Positions 48,801-62,460 of a stretch of DNA of 64,000 nucleotides are shown here, one piece after another. Origin of the DNA: Takakia lepidozioides (Eukaryota; Plantae; Bryophyta); the NCBI GenBank assembly GCA_030704615.1, contig CM060731.1:34348001-34412000 (forward strand). Reading direction: 5' to 3'. The translations under genes and the position numbers were made by a program. The first letter of the stretch is position 1. Every line of letters begins with the position of its first letter. The notes below the pieces were generated by a model. It was not told the DNA's origin, ran no database searches, and worked only from the letters and a program-made list of their open reading frames with translations.

Positions 48801-51800
48801 TGGCTGAATTGGGGAATAGAGTAGCATGGAAACAACTGATGTGTATCAGCTCACACTTTTACATCCATTCTCAAATCCCTGTAATCAGATTGAGGAGTAT
48901 GTTGAATTTGGGTTCTCTTTCTTTTCTCTTCTTGAGGATGTTCCCTCTTCCCAGTTATCTTTTATTATGTTGTGCTTAATGGTGACTCTGGGCTTGCAAT
49001 AGGTAGAGTATCTACCAGTGATCTCTCCATCTCCAAATGATCAAGGCAACCCAGAAGGATTCGCTGAACGGGTAACCACCTTCTCATGTTGTTCCAGCAT
49101 GATCTCTCCAACGTTCCTAGAAAAGGCCCCATGCTTGGTGTCTCATATACCATACCATTGGCAGGGTTTCTTATTATGCTACCACAGTAAAGACGTTAAC
49201 ATGCTTCAGTTTTTGCGTCTCGAACAGGTGAGGTACGAAATGGCAAGAGCACTGAATGTTCCTGAGACAGAGCACACCTTTGGTGATCTTATGCTGTCTG
49301 TGAGGGCTCAGCAACTAAAGATGGTGGGTGGATATTTTCTTTGTTCAATTTATACTTCAAAATTGGTATGGTGCAATCTGGGAGACTGCAAGTGTGAATA
49401 ATTCAAATAGTTATAGTTCAAATGCAAACAGTATCAAGGCCACCTTACAAGTGGTCGTGGGTTCAAAGCCACGTAGGTGTATGTTGGATGTCACCCATTA
49501 TGGCCAACCCGACTATAAAAAGGGGGTAACTCAGTCAACTGGTTACTTCATGTGTGGTTACTTCAGTACTTTCGAGAGGGTTGGAACCATGTTGCCCTGG
49601 TTACGGTCGTTAGAAGGTGTCCACCTTCACCATATGTTACGGTTGCTTCGACAAGAGTCTTCCACTTCCTACCTTCATTACGATGACAGTCTTATGGATG
49701 ATAAGCAGCACCTTAAACTTGCATGAGAGCTGACTGACAGCAAAGAAAGGTTAGGTGCCATGTTGTGTCCAAGAGAGAAAGACAACGCATGCTGCATAGC
49801 ATTGAGGCATCCTTTACTTTAAAATCAGAATACTTATGAAGGCACTAAAGTATCCAATTAGGTTTAAACTTCATTGTCGTTGATGTTGAGACAATAATGA
49901 AGGACTGGCATACTGTCTTCGATTTTGGTTTGCATATCAATTTCCAATTGGTATGATGAGTTAGACCAGCTTCTCCAAATGTCTAGTGAATTGGTTCGGA
50001 ATCCCCCAATTTGCAAATATTCTATCCACCATTCTGGGGTCTTTGGATGCTATACGTATGTGTGTAAATGTTGAAAGAAGATTGAAGGCCAGACAGAAAT
50101 TACGTATCTCTGGATTAAGTAGTATGGTTGGTGTGTTGACTGCAGTTTCCAGCTGTCAATGCCATGGTGGAAATGGGTAAAGTGGAAAGAGTGAGTTTCC
50201 TCAAACCTTCATTTCCCTTCACCTCCCTCTCTGTCTCTGTCCATGTTTGTGTTCACTCTTGGAGTGAGCCCCTCACAAAGGTAGTGTCTGTTCCCTTTTG
50301 TTCCGCCCAAACTGGGCGCGGGGTCTATGGCCACAAGGCTACGGCAAACATCTTCTGAGTATATTATATCCATTGTTACCCCTCTGTCTCCAGTCCTACC
50401 CTTCAATATCTTAAATGAGCGATGGGTTCCATAAACCCTCTTATATGTATTGAATCTTCAGTGCTGTTGTTATATGTAGATTTTGAAGGTATCCTCTCTA
50501 ACTTACCCCATTCCCACACATTGCGGGATATTGATCTTATGGAGCATTTACTGGAACTGGATACAATGGGTCATTCCTAAACAGGGGCCTTTTACTGCAC
50601 AACTAACAGTTTCCAGCTCTTGGGGCTGTAATGGTGTGGTTCAGATTCCACCAGCAAAGTTTGTAAACATCTGAAGGATGCTTTTGGTGGGCGATTAGAA
50701 GCCCAAGGTCTTAAACACCTCCACGAGGATTTGTACGATTGGGGAATAAGATATTTGTTGGTTTTCTTTTGGCTCACACTTTTCAGATGTAGACTTGTAA
50801 GCTCCCTGCCACCACCATTCCCATTAACTGGGCAGTAACGGGCAGACCCACCCTACATCATAGTATGCGATGTCCTTAGTGTTGTACTGTATGTTGGTCA
50901 TGCTATTAGGACTTGGAGGTTGTGAACCCCCCAAGTCGTGAAGCATGTCACTTTACTTTGGGTGTTATTGCTAACTTTTTGACCCACAGATCTAACTTTT
51001 GATACATTGTAAAACTGACATGGAGTATTGATGAATGGACCAGCTATTTCATCTAAGCACTAGGAAAGTGAAGGAGTACTTGGACAAATTTGTGACTATG
51101 GACTCCACACACAGGTACAGTGTCCATTATTGTCAGTTGCTCACCACCTTCTTGTGCTTGTGGTTCAAAGGGGGTTTCACAGTTGAGTGTTTTCATGGAT
51201 AGGCCATGCTGCAGTTGTACTCCTAAATACCAACTTGTTTCATATGCAGGAAGATCTTTTGTCTCAATTTAAGTACATGGTGGCAACCACTGGCACGACA
51301 CAGCTTATTGAGGCAAGGTGTTGGCATATACAAAGAAACATGAAAGGAAGTTTCAGATTAGTTAATCAGTGAGTGGCTAGGAGTAGGCATCTGTCAACCC
51401 GTGGTGGAAAAGCTTGCAGGTCTTCACAAAATTTTTGGGGGCCATAAAATCTTTGACCGCCAAAGAGGGTCACAATCTCCAGTGCCGCAGATGCATGATA
51501 ACCTCTTGTCACCGGGCTTAGAGTTCTATGGATGATGATGAGAAGATGAACAAAACCCTTCAGTATCCTACCCAGAAGGTTGTCTGGGTCACACCTCTAG
51601 TTGGGTGCAGTGGTGTTTGTTCATCTCTACTGACCAATCGAATATTAAACAGTAGGAAATTCTCATCGGTCTAGATCATGAAATCAATCAAGCAGGGCTG
51701 GGTTTCATAGTTCGTTGGGGAGCCTATGATATGAAGAGTCCATATCATGTTTCTGATGAGATGCAGTTGTCATGGCAAGCAGTGGTAATGTGACTCTGAA

Positions 51801-54026
51801 CCAATTTTTGGAGGCGCTTGATTTGCCAAAATGTGTTTTCTCTGAGCAGGTCCGTTACCTCTTCCCCTCCGAGTTCTTCACCTTTGAGAACCCCAGGTGC
51901 TGAGCGGCTTACTCATGAGGCACTCTGTCTCCAAGCAAAACAAAGTCTCCTGTTTTTGTTTTGGTTTTTTGTTGTCTTTCTGCATGTCCGATAGGCCTTC
52001 TGGGTCTCCCATGGATGTCATAAATGATGACAAGCAAAACAAAGTCTCCTGTTTTTGTTTTGGTTTTTCGTTGTATTCTGCATGTCCGATAGGCCTTCTG
52101 GGTCTCCCATGGATGTCAGAAATGTTGTTGTCATCTTCTCTCTCTTGGACACTGTAAACTTTCTTTCTTCCCCTGCAGACTTTCTGTTGATGCACATTAA
52201 ATTTTCTTCTTCTCTTGTGCTGGAAGCACCCTCATTCTAATAGACTGATGTCATTTGCTGTCGCTTCAATCGTATGGACGATGGGCACTGCAATTGGACT
52301 ATCACTGGCTATATGCAAGTGCTGCAATGTTTTGTGGGCTGAGTTTCATACCCTATTGATTGCAATCTGTATGACCTGGTTGAGGTGGTCTACTCTCCTG
52401 CACTATACCCCCATGGCTGAGTATAGCCGATGTTCACAAGGAAAATATTTACGGTCAATCTCTCGGGTTCCTCATTGTAAATATACCAAGGTGGCAGATA
52501 TTGTTTGTCATAGTTGGTGCTTATCTGGCAGATATTTCACTTGTTCGATAAGTCAGAGCGAGGCTACATCAATTTTTGGGAGGTGAGTTGCCACAAACTT
52601 CCACTAGTGTGTGGACTAGATTCCATTCACCATACTGTGGAATAGAGCTTTCGGATGTAAATCGCTCTCTCACTTTCTGTCAAGCAGTTGTGGAAGGCAA
52701 AATGTTTGCTTACATCATGCTCAGTTAATGTCCCCTCTACTTTTTTGTCCTCTGCATTTGTTTTCTCACACAGACATGGGGATCCACACATGAAATAAAT
52801 TTCTTATCCTCCCTCTCTCCTGGTGGCCATATGTGTAGTTTGTGGCTGTCCTAGGGTCAATCTCAAAGCACACACAATTTTCTAGCTTCATCAGATCAGC
52901 ATTTGATGCTTGTGACCATCAGAAGGATGGTTGTCTTTCGCGCACAGAGGTACCCTACTGGACTTTTACTTCCCACCTCAATACATAAACTGTATTTTGT
53001 AAGTAATGTTCTCAGGTTTCTAGGGATTAAGATTTGCACTCTGAAAAACATTGGCTGAGATTCTCTCAAATTTGCTCGGGTCGGTCAGTTTTGACTGCCC
53101 AACTATATCTATGACATATTAAAGGCATGACATAGTATGTTGACAGTTGCACGAGAAGTTTCTCTTAAGGATACCCAAACAAGCTCCTTATTACATGAAA
53201 GTTGATGTGAAATTCAAACCAGTATTGTCCTCTACTGAAATAAGCGTACCTATGCATGGTGCAGACGATTACTGTGTTGTTTTAATCAGCTGTAGAATGA
53301 TGCTATCTGTGTCATCAATTGCTCATTGTAGCTGTCAAGTGTGAATTCTGTCTGTTTGTTAAAGGTAGACGTGACCCCCTTTATAATGTGGCCCATGCAG
53401 TTGGAGCATAGCTTGAGGTTGAGTTTGCCCTCCATATCGAGTACTAAGGTAGGCGCTCTGTCAATTGGTTTATATCATTCGTTGGTCTATGTTTCATTGT
53501 ACTGAGAGAGAAACATTTTGGCTGTTTGCAAGCATCGGCTATGATCTGTTTCAGAGGCATGGTCCCTGAGGATATCATTAGTCTTGATGCAATGGCTAAA
53601 TACGCACTATGCAAGGAAGCACAATGTGGACTCCAGCTCTTCTGCTCTATGCCCCCAATCTAACGTATGTGGCACATATGCCTATGATTGCATTGTCATC
53701 CGTGTTTGAGAAAGGGGAGAGAGATAGAGAGGTACTAGTTAGACACTTGCAGTAACCCTGTGTCCAGCAGAAAGGGGCCCAGGGAAAGAATGTTAGACCC
53801 AATCCTGATGTGGGGAGGAAGAGTAGGGACAGAGGGACCTGCTATCTATGTCAAAAGGGTATTCTAAAGAAGCGTGTGCTGCTTTGCTGTTTGGGAGCAG
53901 GTACAAAAATGGTTTGAAAAGCTCGACACTAATGGTGATGGAATCATCTTCTGGGAAGAATTCCGGACATTTGTGGAAAAAAACCCAGAACTCTTGGCTG
54001 TCTTCATGTTGCCTAACTTGGGGTGA
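45849..54026 (+). CDS. LPEAT2: Lysophospholipid acyltransferase with C-terminal EF-hands (LPEAT2/LPCAT-like), 14 exons
   Basis: Exons 45849-46384, 46940-47120, 47305-47364, 48237-48400, 48609-48672, 49003-49071, 49228-49323, 50146-50190, 51044-51114, 51783-51849, 52532-52582, 52839-52949, 53401-53448, 53901-54026; all GT-AG and in frame. Motifs DPFRNKTP, SNHVSFVD (HxxxxD), FPEGTTTNG, EF-hand LDTNGDGIIFWEEF. Confidence 0.93.
51932..52119 (+). repeat. ~88-bp imperfect tandem duplication in an LPEAT2 intron
   Basis: caagcaaaacaaagtctcctg...ctcccatggatgtca occurs twice (from ~51932 and ~52031). Confidence 0.9.
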
Positions 54027-54969
54027 ATGATCATTCTTGTGCTCTACTTTCCAACTGGGACTTGTACACACAATTGGAAAGCAACTTACTTGCAGGTATG
54101 AGTGCATTTTCTTGCACTCTCCACCCATGAGGTCTTTGGACATCATTTATTTTCTCTCCTCTTAGGAGAACGAGCATCAAGTAAAGACCCTTAAGGGCAG
54201 CACTTCCCAACAAGGGATGAGAACAGTTCAGAGTAACATTACTGTGTGCCCTTACTGTCAATATCCTATAGATAAGTATGCACTTGACAGTGAGATAGCT
54301 CCAAGATCATAGATTGGATCAATTGAGAACAATCAAAGAGATAAATGGGATGATCAAGTGAGTATGTGTGACCCTGTTTCTTGCAAAACCATTTGAACCA
54401 CTTGCGGAGGGAGATGAACTAGATCATCATCAAGTTGTCCCCATTGTGTGTTTCTTGCGAGACCATTGACACGGGGAATGAACTTCGGTGAGCGGCCAAA
54501 ATTCTTTAGGTTCAGACATGAGAGTGTAATCAAACCTACAGGATTGATAAATTTTGTTGGGTTGGAGATCAATAATGTGGCTTCGAATGTAGTTTTGGGC
54601 TAGGTTTGGAAATAGGTTTGGGCTTGGTATGCAGTTAAATTCCAACCCAAAAACAATACATGATTTTCGGAGTAGTAGAAGTGCCTAGGGAGTTGAATGC
54701 TCTAACAGCTTCCCCGACAGAAAATACATGCCTCATTTATAGAAGAAATTCAAACTTCAATGTGCAAAAGACACTGGTTGTTTCCGCCCTCAAATTAACC
54801 GAGTCTGTTTTGAACACAACTCTTGGCTCTCACACTGTTGTATTGCACTACACTTTGAAATATGTACATTTTTCTTTTTGTTTCATTGACTGCTAGATCC
54901 ATGTAGTGCATGCATGACAACCTAGCCCCCGGGAGTCGTTGTTGTTCCTCTCCCGGTCGCACAATAGCG

Positions 54970-55825
54970 AGGCGCGGTGCAAACCCCTTCATGGGGCCCT
55001 TTCACACACCATATATTGACGTGGAGGTCCCAATGGCATGGAGGTGCGGCTGAATGTATCGCAACCAATGTCGCGTTTGTTCCATGGGATCGAGTTGAAG
55101 ACTTCATTGCAGTAGAGTCTGCTCACTTAGATGCCCCTTGCAAGTTCACCAAACAACGTCAGTCTGTCACCTATGAAGGTGTTCTTCAGGCTCCATGGAT
55201 GAACAGCTGTTTGCAAATGACAAGGTTTGTATGAATAGGTCTATTCATGTGTTTCTGCGATGGTTCTTGTAGGACTATGCAATTCTCTACACCTTTACTG
55301 TTTGCTGTTTTGTTTCTCTTTCAAGTACCACTGCTCTTACGGTCCTACAGACCGTACCATGGCGGTTATGGAAATAAAAAAAGACATGGCCGCCAAAAAA
55401 TGGAAATGACCTCCTCCAAGAAAACCAACACAAAAGTTGTCAACTGCGTTTACATGTGTCACAGCCGAACTGAAAACCAAAACAAAGACGAATAACAAGA
55501 AACAAAAGTGAGGAGGGCATCAAACAAGGTTGTACTGCAAATTCATAGTAAAACAATGTTATTTTGATCCCAAAATTGTTATGTTGGTACGGTGTGTTAC
55601 CAAAAGAACCATGTCAACAGCATGTTCACAACTTTCCTATGAGAGATCATGGCATGCTCTTGCACCTCATCTTAGTAATGATATGAGAGCATGGATCTAC
55701 ATTCCTCTTGGCCTAATGATATCATGAACATTGCCAACAAATGTGACGAAGAGACCTTCAAAAACCATCCTAACAATGCTCGGAGTGTCCGCATATGGGT
55801 GGCCGAGAATCCAAACAAACACCTG
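54970..55825 (+). pseudogene. Degenerate MULE-related/SWIM-family transposase-like fragment
   Basis: AFVPWDRVEDFI.VES....PCKF, intron, YHCSYGPTD, CKFIVKQCY..P, APHLSNDMR.WI, NARSVRIWVAENP; recalls the N-terminus of plant SWIM-finger/MULE-derived proteins; broken frames. Confidence 0.6.
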
Positions 55826-58357
55826 GCATACATTGATATACAATACATCATATTATAGTGTATGTAGGAGCAAATATACTATTTTAACAATCTTCGAATA
55901 GAATGTACAATCTGTAAATTAGAATTTTACGACAACCTCACGAGTTCTTGACTACCTCACGGGTTTCTAACAACTGATGTTCAATATTGATTGTGTATGC
56001 CATAGCAATAAACCCCTTAAAAATCCAATCAACGCAATCGATTTGAAGTATGCATGCTTCACTGATCATGTGAACCATTTAGGTTTGAAAGGTGTCACTC
56101 TCTGAAACACCACAATTTAGCCATCATAAAAACCTTCAATGTACATCATAAGAAGAAACTGGACTCCCATCTAAATGGCTATTGAGTAATGTATTGAGCA
56201 TTCCATTGAAAGGCCTAGGTCTCATACGGCCACTCCCACCTTCTTGGAATCAGCCCTAAACAAATACCACAGATATTGCAAGGGTTTCTCTCAATATGTA
56301 CGCGCAAATGAAGAATTGCAAATTGAATGAGATAACTAGTCCACTAAGATATTGTTAACTCTATACACATGCTGCTATCACATCAGTACATCAATAAATC
56401 TCCTAGAAACATACTCACACAAACATAAACCCGGAATCCATTGTCATCATGTGCATGAGAAAATAATATATAAGAAGGATAATAAGTATATGCTCAAAAC
56501 CGTCAATGGACAAATTTGCTTTTGCATGAAATATTTACTACATATACTCAGCACATGTCGTCACAGGGTCCCTAAGTTCTAGGATTGTCAATGGATCAGA
56601 AAGTCACAGAAACATATGCAGATGTTCCCTATAAACAGACGAAGACCACGGTTCACGCAACTGAGTGAGTAGGCAAACAATTGATTAGCTGACACTAGAG
56701 AAACTCTCATCTCTCAACCAGCCCTAATTATTTAATACTCACATCGTTGCCAATCTTAACTATCCATGCTTGGATGGAGAGATTGACCTCTTTGTACCAA
56801 TGGATTGGGGCCAAGGGACCAAGTCCAGTGGACCCAAATGCAATGGAAGTCAGCAGATCCAGGGAAAAGACCACAGAGAGAACCCCAACAGTGCAATAAC
56901 TGGGAAGGTAGACTGAAGAGCGCGGTGCAGTATTCAGGCCGCGCAGGCGCTGCGGTTTACCCGCGGGAGGATGTGTAGCCTCGGACATATAGAGTTCGGG
57001 GAATCGAATCCATATATAGTCTCATGACGCTCCTAAGGTAAGGATTTATTTTTTATGAGGGAGTTACTATTTTTTTTTTCTCGTCCACCGTACGATAATT
57101 TAATTTAATAATATGATCATCTGGAAGGTTATTGTTTTTATATTTCCATGTAGTCATCAAATATTTGGCACCCTATAGTAACAAAACATGAAACATATTT
57201 TTCTTAGAGTGCAAAATATTTCATTATTTGTTTGATACAAACTCATTGAGAGCTTCAGCATCAGCACCATTCAAGGTGTAAAAATTCTGAGCACTGTCAT
57301 ATGTCCTAGGCACTGAACTGATAATGGAGTTTGTCTATCCATTTACTAGCAGTAATATCATTTTTTTTAAGGATAAAGTTTTTTGTTTTTTGTTTTTTTT
57401 TTGGTAAATTTAAACAGGGGTCTGGCCCTGGAAGCTTTATTTGGAATTATTGAAGGGAAAAAAATTAAAACCCTTAGAGTGCCACAAGGCTGCCATGAGG
57501 CTGATCGCACGGAATTATATTTAAATTTAAGGTGTCTTTTTGAGTTGGAAAAATAATTTAAGAGCACCATGATTGTGTTGTCGGTTTGTATAGGAGATCA
57601 ACTGGCGGCGCCCGAGATATTCCCCACCTAGTTCCCACCTAGTCCCCACCTTCTTTCTCATCAGCTACTGATGTTGGCACACCATTCCGACCCCTCTTAA
57701 CTTTATTTCCTTGCAAAGCTACCTTTACATACGAGGACTATGTCCTGGACACCCTCTGAACAAAATACACTCCCACATCTGATCCTAGACCTCCTATGAA
57801 ACATGTATCGGAGTTCTTTGCTTTAGCCGAATATGCCTCTGATCAGATAGAAGAGCAAACAAGAGTCGGCCTATCCTTGTTAAGAAAGGGATTGACATTT
57901 AGCTGGCTGACTAAAGTCAATTTGTATATGACATTTTCTTCAAACTTAACGGTGGCAAAATTTCAGCATTTACCGTCCAACAGATCATTCTTTTCTGACC
58001 CTAAGTCAATGACCATCACCGGAGCTTCCAACAATACAATGAGGTCTGCAGCTAGCATAGCAGAACTCTCGCATTGAAGAAGAAAACAAAGTAACGCTAA
58101 ACCAAAGCGTATCCTCCGTAAACCAAGTCCTTTCATCCAAGCTGAGTCAAGTCCCCTCATCCAAGTCCAACCAGCCCATTATGAAGTCCCAATTGAAATA
58201 TACCATAGAATGAACAACAAGCGTCTCTCGCCATTCTATTCTAATTAATATATAATCGGAGCATACCTAATCCTAATTTTATTTAAATGCGGTATCCACA
58301 GAATAAGGATACCCAATTTTATTTCTAAGAGTAATGTAAATTTTACCTGCAAAGAAT

Positions 58358-58558
58358 ACCGTAGTACCTTGGCAAGTTCAACACTCTTCTGTCGAATATT
58401 TATTTTATTTTGAGAATTCCATTTCGAAATATGGAATATTCCCAAAGATACTCTATTATCATTCACGAAATTATTTAATTTCATAAAACTAATTTCCAGA
58501 ATTTTCAACAGTCTTTAAAATATTAAAATTTGTGTCGAACTTGCCAAGGTACTACGGT
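58358..58558. mobile_element. ~200-bp MITE-like element (Tc1/mariner/pogo-type end)
   Basis: 27-bp inverted repeats accgtagtaccttggcaagttc(a/g)acac, 26/27 identical; AT-rich interior; left flank TA|CCGTA. Confidence 0.7.
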
Positions 58559-59057
58559 TTACGTTATTCTATATTTTTCTGCACAACGTTTGGAAAAAAA
58601 TGGAAATGACTTTCCTGAGATATGGAAGTATAATACTTTTCCTTTCTTTGCCAAAGGTCATAAAATCCAGTTTTTGACGATACATATATTTATTTTAGTT
58701 TTTTAGCTAGTATTTTTAGTTTATGACAATATTATGAGGTTCAAAATCAAATTAAAAACTTTGAGGTTCTCCAAACTTAATTGACAATCTTCTTTTGTAT
58801 TTTCCTTTGCAGAACATTTTTAGGAATGTGTCTCTATTATTTTTACTTGAGTAAAACAACTACAACAACCACCACCTCACTGAAAACAAATAGACTTATA
58901 GTACAACCCCGGGAACAATATAACCATAAAGCACTTTGCTTTTTTTCTCTTTGTATTTATCGTGGCGTCAAAAACCAGAATTCATCGCTTGGCCGGGCGG
59001 GGCATTAGACCGGAGTGTAAGGCCCGCCGTACCTTTTTGTTGATCGTGCTTTATGCC

Positions 59058-59154
59058 GTGTAATGCCTTGAGTGGAGGGCATCCCCGAATTTTCGGCCTT
59101 CCCTAGGCCTAGTGCCCTCAAATCCGGGAATGCCCTCCACTCAGGGCATTACAC
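59058..59154. repeat. GC-rich 35-bp inverted repeat (97-nt hairpin)
   Basis: gtgtaatgccttgagtggagggcatccccgaattt / aaatccgggaatgccctccactcagggcattacac, 32/35 complementary. Confidence 0.85.
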
Positions 59155-61161
59155 TATACATAAATAAATAAATAAGTATAAATATATCCCTACTCCTGTG
59201 ACTTGGGAGTCACCGCCCCTAGGCAAGATTACTTTTTCCTTGATTTTCAATATGAATTGCAGGTCCCTTAAGTTTTTCTTGAAAAAGACATAGGTCCCCT
59301 TTTAAAAACAGAAAAACTGAAGAGAAAAGAAAAGGACCTCAGAAGGCTGACCCAGGGCTGACCCAAAAAGTATTATGGGTCCCTTTCCTTTAAGAAAATA
59401 AAAATAAAAATATATATGGTCCCCAATGTTAAGGCTAGCCTCCTGCCATGGTTATTTTTTTTCCATAAGAAGAGTCAAAAGAAAAAAGAAAAAAGAAAGA
59501 AGAGTCTTTAGAGAGTCCAACTCTAAATGAGTCTCTAAAAAAACAAAAAAAATAAAAAGAGTCTCTTCAAGCTTAGCACTGATCAAACCTTCGCTAAGTA
59601 TTCATCATGATCCTGATCATCTTCGTCTCTCAGATCCTTCATAGGCCTCATACGCCAACATGGCAAAGGATCATACCTCAACCTTGGCTAGGCTCTGCTG
59701 GGGCAATGGGTCGAAGAGCAGTTGGAGCTTTTGAGACGTCACCATGGTCGTCTTCCTCGATTTCATCTGCTATTTCCGCCCCCTTTCCGCCGTTTCATCA
59801 ACATGGTCTGATCGGAGGACTTGGAGACACCGGACTCGATTGACTCTCGATTGACTGCCCGTTACTGTTTGTCCGGACGCAGAAATGGGGGCGGATCACA
59901 TGTGGTTGGAATACAAAGAGCTGCAACAATTGGACTGTTTGCTTTGCCGGCCATATGGATGCCCAAGATCACTGTTGCATACCCCGAGCCTCTCAACAAT
60001 GCTTGCAGATCAGTAATCCAAAGTAAGTTACAGGCAATCACTTGCATTGACTCCCTTTGGTTCATTGTTTAACAGATTCTCACGGTTCAACTTTGCTGCG
60101 GGATTACATTTGACTTAAAGCCACTTCCCACTGAGACTAGAACTCTAGATGTTTTCGGGGAAAAACTGGTGCTTTCGCGCCGCCACTGTTTGGTTCTCAC
60201 CTACACCACACCTAAAACCAACCTCTTGGTAGATCATCTTCGGTTAGATGACAAAAAATGATGTCGTTTCCCCGGACCCGCGAAATATGGTTTTTCAAAG
60301 TTGGTGTGAGGTCAGGCTCACGACTACGTGTGCAATTTTGAACTCGCTGTTACCTAAACTTCGATGGATGTTTTCTACTGTACACTCGCAACTTTTGAAC
60401 AGCCATGCCAGTGAACCAGATTTGTTAGGAAGACCGTTGTGTACTGTTTTAATAATACCTGCATACCGAGTCCCTCGCATGCAATTCCTATATCAGTGGT
60501 ACCTGCGTCCTTTCCATCGACTGTGTTACCTGCTACTAGTAGCTCTCTCTCTCCCTCTCTCTAGATATTCTCTCAAGCTCTTGAGACGTCTTATGAGTAC
60601 ATGCTCAAGCTCTCGAGCACCCCGAGGCGAAGTACACAGCTCCAGTGGGTTCCAGGCGTGCAACTTTGAAAGAATTGGACATCACGTGTGTCGAAGTTTT
60701 GGGTTTTCTAAGACTTCACAGTCCCCTCGGCTTCGGCCCGTGGACGATTTCGTATGAGTTTCTAAACTTAAATCGACTGGACCTCAAGATTGCACTCTAT
60801 TACCTCCAAGTTTTGTGGGGATACACAACGACCGCCGATAGTCTTAGCCCAGTCAACATAGAAGTAGTTCACTGTACGAATCCCAACACTGGAGACCGAC
60901 ATAATCGATGCGTGAGCCAACCTTTGCAGGTAGGGAGATTAAGAAGCCCAAATGTTGAGTATTTCTAGCCTGTAAGAGAATGCCCCAAGAGAAGATTTTC
61001 CCCTCGGTAGACACAGTGTCCATGGGTAGCTGGAAAAACAATGAGCTGCTCTAGTCCAACCCAATATTGTGAAATCTTGCGATAATGTATTGTTATCGGT
61101 CCTGACTAGCCGAATCTCAAGGACGCTCTCTACATTAAGTCTTGTTTATCCAAGCAATATC

Positions 61162-62460
61162 ATGTGTGTCTCAAGCAGAGAGCGTTGGTATGAAGGCCCG
61201 GAGGTGTTATATGGACAGGAATACTCCAATCTGGAGGGACTGGGCCACATGAAACAACAAGTGATTGATTCTCTCATAGCTACACGAGCGGCCTACGAAT
61301 GGACGAGTGATGGAGTTGTTGACGTTTTGAATCGAAAGTATGATCTCGAGACCAGCAAATATGAACTTCTTCACCACCCAGATCAGGTGAGAAACAGGAA
61401 ACTATTCGGACGACACGGCAAGGAACATGCGTATGTGATCGTTCGAAGTAGTAGCGGCTGTGTCATAGTGGCCTGCCGTGGTACCTTCTCTCTATCTGAC
61501 ATCGTCCAGGATATCAAAGTCTCAAAACTTCCCGTTTCCTTTGCTAAGCGAGGCTGCGCGCAAATAGGATTTTTGGAGCGGGCAATGTACTTGCCTGTTG
61601 ATCATTTACTCCAACTAGTACGATCCGGGGAAAAACTCATCTTCACCGGTCATTCGATGGGGGGGGCTGTGGCATCACTTGTTGCCTTGCGGGTCCTAGA
61701 GGCCTTGCGAGCCATTCCTGGGCATGAAGAAATTTCAAGGAGGCGCGTGAAGTGTATCACTTTTGCAACAGCACCATTTGCAAACCTTGAGCTTGCAGAT
61801 TATGTGAACTCTAGCTATCGGACTATCTTCCATAACCTCATCTCCAAGCACGACGTGGTTCCTCGGGCACACAATGTTTTACCACAGCTCCTCTTCCCAG
61901 CGGCACAGTGGTTTGTCGGCAAGATGAATGAGAGATGGGAGGTTCGAGCTAGCAAGGCGATCATAGAGCAGATGACAGGCATGTCAATACAGAAAGTCGT
62001 GAACCATCTAGAGGACAGGGTGCAGTCTCTGTGGCCTGCAACCCAGCTCTTCAATTTTATCCTCAACTGCGCAGCTGCCAACGAAGAGGCCCTCTTCTAC
62101 GGGCATTGTGGGTACCTGGTACTGCTGGATCCAGAAGCCCGGGATGCTAAATCCGCCGTGCACATCGACCAGATGGAAACTCTAGGTAATGACTTCTGCA
62201 TCGAGGGAAAATCAGCAGTTGAGGTCTACATGGAGCATGGATTGGCAAACCACTACGCTTGCCTGGTTCACAATCTCTCTGCGATGAAGGAACCTGGCCG
62301 TGAGTTGGCCGTGGTGCCAACACCCTCCCTTAGACAACTACTCCTAGATGGCTTGTCAATCAAGCAGCTGCTCTTCAATCCTTCACGGACTTGTTCTATG
62401 CAGCTCAACCGCATGTTGTTAAGAATAACCGGCAACGAGTTTCAAGCTTCAACGTTATAG
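61162..62460 (+). CDS. Class-3 lipase (alpha/beta hydrolase) ORF, single exon, possibly C-terminally truncated
   Basis: VIVACRGT..LSD...D, AQIGFLERA, LIFTGHSMGGAVA (Ser), VKCITFA, HDVVP (Asp), EHGL (candidate His). First ATG at 61162; true start not established. Confidence 0.85.
   Translation: MCVSSRERWYEGPEVLYGQEYSNLEGLGHMKQQVIDSLIATRAAYEWTSDGVVDVLNRKYDLETSKYELLHHPDQVRNRKLFGRHGKEHAYVIVRSSSGCVIVACRGTFSLSDIVQDIKVSKLPVSFAKRGCAQIGFLERAMYLPVDHLLQLVRSGEKLIFTGHSMGGAVASLVALRVLEALRAIPGHEEISRRRVKCITFATAPFANLELADYVNSSYRTIFHNLISKHDVVPRAHNVLPQLLFPAAQWFVGKMNERWEVRASKAIIEQMTGMSIQKVVNHLEDRVQSLWPATQLFNFILNCAAANEEALFYGHCGYLVLLDPEARDAKSAVHIDQMETLGNDFCIEGKSAVEVYMEHGLANHYACLVHNLSAMKEPGRELAVVPTPSLRQLLLDGLSIKQLLFNPSRTCSMQLNRMLLRITGNEFQASTL

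Noticed and set aside
61069-62460. EDS1/PAD4 immune regulator
   Set aside because: Shares only the generic lipase-3 fold; no EP domain recognisable.
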